Of a stretch of DNA of 64,000 nucleotides, positions 58,150 through 64,000 are shown one piece after another. The DNA is from an uncultured Rikenella sp. Its GTDB lineage: Bacteria > Bacteroidota > Bacteroidia > Bacteroidales > VadinHA17. A program made the position numbers and the translations under genes. Each line of letters opens with the position of its first letter. The first letter of the stretch is position 1. The notes beneath the pieces are model-generated. The model was not told the origin of the DNA. It ran no database searches and worked only from the letters and a program-made list of their open reading frames with translations. The stretch spans positions 4,486 to 68,485 of the forward strand of contig CAZAVK010000004.1 of assembly GCA_964488645.1 (NCBI GenBank), in the 5' to 3' direction.

Positions 58150-59355
58150 TCAATACTCGGCAGCCATAAGGAAGAATGGCTTCATCTCGAAGTTGGAGTA
58201 ATAGGGTCTTAACCTCTCGGTGTTGTAGTACTCTGATACCTTTACAAGTTTCTTGGATGAGATGACCACGTCGATGGGCACGTTGTCATACCTGCCGTTC
58301 TTCAGGACTACCAGCCTGCCGTGTATTCCCTTCATAATCAGGTCAAGGGCGAGGTTGCCGTATGCCATGGGCACTATCGAGTCGACAGCATCAGGGTCGC
58401 CGCCCCTTACCATGTAACCGAGTTTCTGGTTGATGATGTTGATTGTCCTGCCCTTGTTGAACTCGGCCGTATGGTTTCTTATCTCCACAGAGACCAGGTC
58501 ACCTATCCCCCCAAGCTTGGCATGCCCGTATGCGTCGGTCTCACTGCCCTGGAACACCATCTCTCCGCCCTCGAACATTGCGCCTTCAGAGACCAGCACT
58601 ATCGAGTAGCGGCTGGGGTTGGCATTACGGTCTTCTACCAGCAGCCTGGTAAGTTGCCTGATGTCAAACTTGAACTCAGGAATAACGCATCTGTTGGCTG
58701 CACCTGCCATGGTCGGCAACATGGCGGTGAACCCAGCATACCTGCCGAACACCTCCAGCACCATGATGCGCTCATGCGATCCGGCTGAGGTGCGCAGTGA
58801 GTTTGTCATCTGAATGGTGCGTGTGACACAGGTGCTGAAGCCGATACAGTAGTCGGTGCCGGGGACGTCATTGTCCATCGTCTTCGGAATGGCCACCACC
58901 TTCACCCCCTGCTTGTAGAGATGCACCCCGTAACTCAGCGTATCATCTCCGCCAATGGGTATAAGATAGTCTATGCCTAGCCACTCAAGGTTCTTGAGGA
59001 CCTCGGGGGTCAGGTCATTCATTTCATCCTTGTAGGTATCCCTCAGGTGATCGGGAACCTGGTTGCGCGGAACATGACTGGGCCTGGTGCGCGAGGTATG
59101 GAGATAGGTGCCGCCGGTACGGCCGGCCCTGTTTACAATATCATCAGTAAGTACCAAATAGCAGTGGCTGTTGTCAGCTTTCGGGTCCCTGATGATCTCA
59201 ATGAGACCGCCCCAGCCCCTGCGAAGCCCGATAACCTTGTAGCCCTCCCTGTTGGCCCTGATGGTAACGGCCCTGATGGCAGGGTTCAGACCGGGAACAT
59301 CGCCGCCACCCGTCAGTATGCCAATCACTCCTTTGCTTTTCTTCTGGTTTGCCAT
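58150..59355 (-). CDS. pfp: 6-phosphofructokinase, predicted pyrophosphate-dependent
   Basis: ILTGGGDVPGLN, IGGDDTLSYG (GGDD rather than GGDG) and IPKTMDNDV (PKT rather than PGT). Confidence 0.88.
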   Translation of the reverse strand: MANQKKSKGVIGILTGGGDVPGLNPAIRAVTIRANREGYKVIGLRRGWGGLIEIIRDPKADNSHCYLVLTDDIVNRAGRTGGTYLHTSRTRPSHVPRNQVPDHLRDTYKDEMNDLTPEVLKNLEWLGIDYLIPIGGDDTLSYGVHLYKQGVKVVAIPKTMDNDVPGTDYCIGFSTCVTRTIQMTNSLRTSAGSHERIMVLEVFGRYAGFTAMLPTMAGAANRCVIPEFKFDIRQLTRLLVEDRNANPSRYSIVLVSEGAMFEGGEMVFQGSETDAYGHAKLGGIGDLVSVEIRNHTAEFNKGRTINIINQKLGYMVRGGDPDAVDSIVPMAYGNLALDLIMKGIHGRLVVLKNGRYDNVPIDVVISSKKLVKVSEYYNTERLRPYYSNFEMKPFFLMAAEY

Positions 59356-59616
59356 TTCAAATAGTTTGCTTGTTTATACCTTTAAAACAAGAAGTAAAAT
59401 TAGAGTATTTCAGAATCATATCAAACAAGGGAGAGTACTTCACGCTTAAAATTTCAGCAATGGCGGCCGCAACGGTTACACTGCGACAGCAGCATGGGGC
59501 ACTGCGCATGTGACTGACAGAACAGGAATCACCAATGCTGCTCCCGCTGCCCGGGCAACGGCAGCATCCGGGTTTTTGGCAGGGTACCGCCGGTGTCAGT
59601 TATGGTATATCAATGA

Positions 59617-60951
59617 TCAGATACCTCCTATCTGCATCTCCGCCACCCTGAAGGTGGGAGAGGCGAACCCCCTGTTCATGTCGATATCATTGCCCATCAT
59701 GTCGATACCATTGAGGATTGCATCGCCGCTACCGGCAATGGTGAGGCCCTCAACGGGATAGGCTATCTCTCCCTTCTCTATCCAGAACCCTGAAGCGCCT
59801 CCTGAGAAGTTGCCGCTGACAGCGTCGAGGCCATAGCCGGTCACACCGGTGACCAGCAGTCCCCTCTCCGTGGCAGCGATGATCTCATTGCGGCTGTGTG
59901 CGCCTGTCCCGAGTGAGAGGTGGTGGGTACCTATTCCGGGCAGTGATGCATATCCGCTTCTGGAGGCGTTGCCTGTGCTGACGGTGCCGGCACGGCGTGC
60001 AGCTATGGTATTGTAGAGGAACCCGTTCACCACCCCCTTGTCAACCAGCACCCTGCGCTGCGTGGGCACCCCTTCGCCATCGAATGGTGCAGAGCTGGTT
60101 GAACGTGCCAGGGTGCCGTCATCGATGATGGTCAGCAGCGGTGAGGCAAACTGTTTGCCCATTGACCTGGCAAGGAAGCTTGCTCCCTGCAGTACACGTT
60201 CACCGTTGAGGGCAGAGATCACGCCGCGAAGCAATGACCCGGCCACCTCAGGATCCCAGACAACAGCTGCCCTCTGGGTCCTGACCATGCGGGGGTCTAG
60301 CATCTCATACGCCTTTCTCACTGCAATGGCAGCTATTTGCTCGGAAGAGGGCAGGTCACTGAAGAAACGGCGGCTGGCAAACTCACCGCCGGTCTTCTTC
60401 TGATCGCCCTTTTCGGCAACGACGCTCACCCCCAGCGAGCAGCCCGACGACTTGTAACTGCGTGACGAACCGGCGGAGCTGGCAAGGAATATCTCACTGA
60501 CACTCTCCCTGAATGATGCGCCGGAGCTCTTCGATATACGTCCGTCATTCATGGCTATCTTTTCAAGCTCAAGCGCCAGGGCGATCTTGGTGTCGAGGGC
60601 AATCGTCTCAATCTCCGGATCATACAGGTCCTGAACAATGGTGACACCGTCAAGCCGGGGAAGGATATTGTTCTCATCAGGGGTAGTCAGCCTGGCAAAC
60701 TTGACAGCCATGGCCACCGTCTCCTCCATGGCCTTCATGTCGAGACTGTTGCTGTAACTGAAGCCAAGTGAGCCCCCTGCAATGACCCTTATCCCCGCCC
60801 CGGCAGAGTCTGACTCCTGGATGGTCTCGACCTCACCGTTGCGTACACTGACTGAGAGGTTGCGGCCTGCGGATATATAGATCTCAGCGGCATCGGCTCC
60901 GGCCTGCAGAGCCTTTGATACCAGTTTCTCGGCAATTGACAAATAACTCAT
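59617..60951 (-). CDS. pmbA: PmbA/TldE-family protein (non-catalytic partner type, no signal peptide)
   Basis: 444 aa with the TldD/PmbA fold pattern (GGASGFWIEKGEIAYPV, TFRVAEMQIGG). I see no HExxxH. It lies 24 nt downstream of tldD. Confidence 0.85.
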   Translation of the reverse strand: MSYLSIAEKLVSKALQAGADAAEIYISAGRNLSVSVRNGEVETIQESDSAGAGIRVIAGGSLGFSYSNSLDMKAMEETVAMAVKFARLTTPDENNILPRLDGVTIVQDLYDPEIETIALDTKIALALELEKIAMNDGRISKSSGASFRESVSEIFLASSAGSSRSYKSSGCSLGVSVVAEKGDQKKTGGEFASRRFFSDLPSSEQIAAIAVRKAYEMLDPRMVRTQRAAVVWDPEVAGSLLRGVISALNGERVLQGASFLARSMGKQFASPLLTIIDDGTLARSTSSAPFDGEGVPTQRRVLVDKGVVNGFLYNTIAARRAGTVSTGNASRSGYASLPGIGTHHLSLGTGAHSRNEIIAATERGLLVTGVTGYGLDAVSGNFSGGASGFWIEKGEIAYPVEGLTIAGSGDAILNGIDMMGNDIDMNRGFASPTFRVAEMQIGGI

Positions 60952-60975
60952 CTCATTGATTCTTTAAGGTTCATT

Positions 60976-62511
60976 TCAGGCTTTGCTGCCGCCGACATTT
61001 ATACCGCGTATCCTCACCGTCGGCTGACCGACGGTCACCTCAGCGTCCTGTCCCTTTCCGCAGATGCCGGGCCCGAACGCCAGGTCATTGCCAACAGCAT
61101 CAATATTTGATATCACATCCATGCATGACCCTATCAGGGTTGCTCCCCTGACCGGGGTGGTCTTCCTGCCGTTCTCGATCAGGTATGCCTCGCGGCAGGT
61201 GAAGTTGAACATACCGGTTACCGAGTTGACGCTTCCGCCGGAGAGGCTCTGTACGTAGATCCCCTTTCTGGTGGATGCAAGTATATCAGCAGGATCGTCA
61301 CTGCCCTGATCGATAAAGGTATTTGTCATCCTTGGTATCGGGATATACCTGAAGTTCTCCCTGCGGCCGTTGCCGGTCCGTCTCATTCCAAGCTGGCGGG
61401 CACTGAGGATATCGGTCATGTAGCCTTTCAGCACACCCTTCTCAATCAGTATGTTGCGCTGTGCGGGGGTTCCCTCGTCATCATGGTTGATGGTTCCCCG
61501 GTAGTTGGGCAGTGTGCCGTCATCAATCATTGTGAAGCAGTCGCTGGCCACCTTCTGTTCCAGTTTGCCGGTGAAGGCGCCTATTCCCCTGGCTATGCTG
61601 TCAGCCTCGAGCGGGTGTCCGACCGCCTCATGCACCAGCACGCCGCCCCAGCCGTTCTGTATTACCACATCCATTATGCCTGCGGGTGCCTCGCGTGCCG
61701 CAAGCATATCTATCGCTTCACGTGCGGCATTCACCGCCACCTCCTCGGGAGTGGTATGGCTGAACATCTCAAAACCGCTGTGGGCACTGAGGCGCTCACG
61801 CGACAGGTGCCTGGCATTCCCGTCTGATGACATCGCCTGCACGATGAAGAACAACAGCGGCAGTTCATCGCGCAGGTAGAGACCCTCACTGTTGGCGATG
61901 ACCCTTCCCCTGACCTCATCGTAATAATCTACCAGGGCCATCTTTATCCTCGGGTCATACGAGAGCGCCGCATGGTCAGCCCTCTTTATCATCTCGATCC
62001 GCTGCTCATCGGCAATCTCCCCCAGGGGCATCTCAACGGTAACAAATGACTGGTAGTCGGTGTCTGTCAGGCTTACCGCATTGCCTGCCGCCCCGCCTGA
62101 CGCCACATAGGCAGCCACCTCGGCGGCACGCATCAGCCTCTTCTCATCAACAACATCGGTATAGGCATAGCCGGTCTTGTTGCCGCTGATGACCCTGACG
62201 CCGGCGCCCTGGCTGATGCCATAGAGGCCGCTTCTGAATTTTGATTCCTCCATGACGATCTGTTTCGAGGTACGGTTCTCGATATAGACCTCAGAGAAGT
62301 CGCCGCCCTTTCCAAGAGCTTTCTTGAGCACCCGCGAGATCAGCTCCCTGTCAGTGTCAAGCGGGCCCGGGAGAGGGCCGGCACCGCTGCCACATGAGGT
62401 GAGCTGAGTGAGAAGCGCCGGTGTCACTGCCACGGCAAGGCCTCCCTTCATGGTCAGCCCCAGGAAACGCCTGCGCGGGATGTCCCGAACGGAAAATTGT
62501 TGAATCCTCAT
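60976..62511 (-). CDS. tldD: TldD-family metalloprotease with twin-arginine signal and lipobox-like cleavage site
   Basis: The N-terminus RDIPRRRFLGLTMKGGLAVAVTPALLTQLTSCGSG has RRxFLG, an h-region and LTSC. The catalytic motif is VLVHEAVGHPLEAD. Confidence 0.9.
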   Translation of the reverse strand: MRIQQFSVRDIPRRRFLGLTMKGGLAVAVTPALLTQLTSCGSGAGPLPGPLDTDRELISRVLKKALGKGGDFSEVYIENRTSKQIVMEESKFRSGLYGISQGAGVRVISGNKTGYAYTDVVDEKRLMRAAEVAAYVASGGAAGNAVSLTDTDYQSFVTVEMPLGEIADEQRIEMIKRADHAALSYDPRIKMALVDYYDEVRGRVIANSEGLYLRDELPLLFFIVQAMSSDGNARHLSRERLSAHSGFEMFSHTTPEEVAVNAAREAIDMLAAREAPAGIMDVVIQNGWGGVLVHEAVGHPLEADSIARGIGAFTGKLEQKVASDCFTMIDDGTLPNYRGTINHDDEGTPAQRNILIEKGVLKGYMTDILSARQLGMRRTGNGRRENFRYIPIPRMTNTFIDQGSDDPADILASTRKGIYVQSLSGGSVNSVTGMFNFTCREAYLIENGRKTTPVRGATLIGSCMDVISNIDAVGNDLAFGPGICGKGQDAEVTVGQPTVRIRGINVGGSKA

Positions 62512-62550
62512 AATTGATCCTCCGGTAAAGTGGTTGGTTGTATTGAATGA

Positions 62551-64000
62551 CTATCTGATTATGAACTCCTTCTTCGGGAGCACCCCGGCACGGGTGGTTA
62601 TCACCTCTGCTGTGCCGTTCAGGGGCTCATTGCCATACAGCCTGAAGGTGAATGTCACCTCAGCCACAGCCCCCCCCTGGGTATAGCCGGCTGTCCTGGT
62701 TATGGCGCGCGGCCGTTCGCCCATCTCGCCGAACATCATCATGCCTCCGCGAGCCGGCCCTGACGGCGGTGCCGGGTCAATGACGCGGTATCTGCTGCCA
62801 TCGCGGCCGCCACTGGTCATCAGTCTCACCTCATCGGGCCTGACGATCTTCACCAGGTGTGCCTGGCTGAGTGCGGTGGGCAGCTTGCCGGCATTCCTGA
62901 ACCTGATTGTCAGCCGGTAGTCGGCCGAGTCACCCCGGTACTTCTTCAGCTGCCTAACACTGTACTCTTCCCACTCAAGGCGGGGCAGGTGACCGATAAG
63001 TTCCAGGTTGAAGCGTGCCTGCTTTGAGGCCCACTCTTCAAGATGGCGTGCCGGGGGATTCTGTGAGAAGAATTTCGGGTTGAATCCGCCCACCTCAACG
63101 CTGTCAAGCTCAGGGTGTTTTACCGGCTTCCACTCTATGAATCCCTCACCGTTGTTCTCCTCGTCATCCCATCTCAGCATCTCAGTCTGGTCAACGGTGC
63201 CGTCGCCGTTGTAATCCTTCACCCTTCCGCCTGTCCACAGTTCATCGCCATACCAGATGGCCCCGTAATACCAGTATCCGAAATCGGGGCCGTGTCCGAA
63301 GAGCGGATTTCCTCCGCCATAGTCGGCATATACATCTCCTGCCCTCTGGTAGCCGGTGATGCTCTTTCCCAGGTTATCAAAGTAGATATACCATTTCAGA
63401 TCCTCAGGATACATCCTCTCTGCCGAGGGTGATGTTGAGGGTGGCCTGAGATGCATCGGTACCGTGGTATCCATTGAGTTGACCACATATATGTTGGGGT
63501 GTGTCATCAGGAATGTGAAGACGGCCCTGGTCTCGGTCTCGCTGAGCGGGTACTCGCCGGCGCCCCTCTGGGTGAAGCCTCTTCCGGTCAGCTCCTCCTC
63601 AGGTCTCCAGTTCTCTGGGTAGTTGCGGTGCAGGTCGAGGCCGCCGATGCCATCCTCATTGTAACGGCCATCACCGTCATTGTCCCACCCCTCCTGGGCA
63701 GTGGCCCATATACCCTCTCCGCGGGGCACCCGCTTCATGATACGGCCTGAGGGATCATCCGGATCGGGTATAAGGGTGCCGTTCTTCCGGTCGGGCCAGC
63801 GCATGGTGAGGATAAGGCCGTCGCCGTCGAGATCCTCCGGCGGATCCTCATCCAGCAGCCCGTCACCGTCATTGTCCACAGGCCGCACCGTACTGCGGTT
63901 GCTCTGGGCGGTATGCAGGTAGAGCTCATGACCATCGGGGTTGTTCACGGGCCGCAGGTAAACGGTGAAATGGTCAAGCAGACCGGTCACCGTCTCATCC
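62551..64000 (-). CDS. M14-family zinc carboxypeptidase, N-terminus beyond the right edge
   Basis: The frame is open to position 64000; the ORF-track M at 63990 is an internal GTG. YLRPVNNPDGHE is M14-like. Three DxDGDG calcium-loop-like inserts are present (VDNDGDGLLDED, LDGDGL/WDNDGDGRYNEDG, YNGDGTVDQ). Confidence 0.75.
   Translation of the reverse strand, partial: DETVTGLLDHFTVYLRPVNNPDGHELYLHTAQSNRSTVRPVDNDGDGLLDEDPPEDLDGDGLILTMRWPDRKNGTLIPDPDDPSGRIMKRVPRGEGIWATAQEGWDNDGDGRYNEDGIGGLDLHRNYPENWRPEEELTGRGFTQRGAGEYPLSETETRAVFTFLMTHPNIYVVNSMDTTVPMHLRPPSTSPSAERMYPEDLKWYIYFDNLGKSITGYQRAGDVYADYGGGNPLFGHGPDFGYWYYGAIWYGDELWTGGRVKDYNGDGTVDQTEMLRWDDEENNGEGFIEWKPVKHPELDSVEVGGFNPKFFSQNPPARHLEEWASKQARFNLELIGHLPRLEWEEYSVRQLKKYRGDSADYRLTIRFRNAGKLPTALSQAHLVKIVRPDEVRLMTSGGRDGSRYRVIDPAPPSGPARGGMMMFGEMGERPRAITRTAGYTQGGAVAEVTFTFRLYGNEPLNGTAEVITTRAGVLPKKEFIIR

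Overview
This is a gene-dense chromosomal segment with about 60 protein genes and one tRNA. It looks moderately GC-rich by eye, with short AT-rich spacers. Several signals point to a Bacteroidota genome, which is an inference I could not check by search. These are TAnnTTTG-type -7 boxes, an M56 peptidase-TonB fusion next to BlaI, an atp operon led by bactofilin and AtpZ with a short epsilon subunit, a DUF2723 giant membrane protein, an e(P4) lipoprotein phosphatase and LytTR signalling.

The content is mostly housekeeping:
- tyrS (partial, found by manual translation), cvpA, fucU, trkH, tRNA-Arg(CCT) and ettA.
- A complete F1Fo ATP synthase cluster with a polyprenyl synthase wedged between atpG and atpD.
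- yceD-rpmF-plsX-fabH.
- A LiaF-like/LytS/LytTR module and a LolCDE-like ABC transporter.
- BlaI plus an M56-TonB protein.
- An ECF sigma, putative anti-sigma and beta-barrel trio.
- pepE, asmA, a U32 protein, selU, a hybrid kinase, rsgA and a PPi-type pfk.
- tldD/pmbA and a partial M14 carboxypeptidase.

I see no transposase, integrase, phage, CRISPR or recognisable defence genes, and no convincing wholly novel multi-gene system. The best leads are:
- A Tat-signal lipoprotein TldD with a signal-less PmbA partner next to M14.
- A bactofilin gene overlapping atpZ at the head of the atp operon.
- A signal-less GH16-like protein whose catalytic ExDxxE appears degenerate, with four N-terminal repeats.
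- A divergent pair of DUF2723 and a secreted 960-aa HExxH/propeller/barrel protein.
- Two unrelated 43-44 bp intergenic tandem repeats.
- A 36-bp in-frame proline-rich tandem repeat in the putative anti-sigma gene.

All family assignments come from motif recognition in the supplied translations. No database search was possible.
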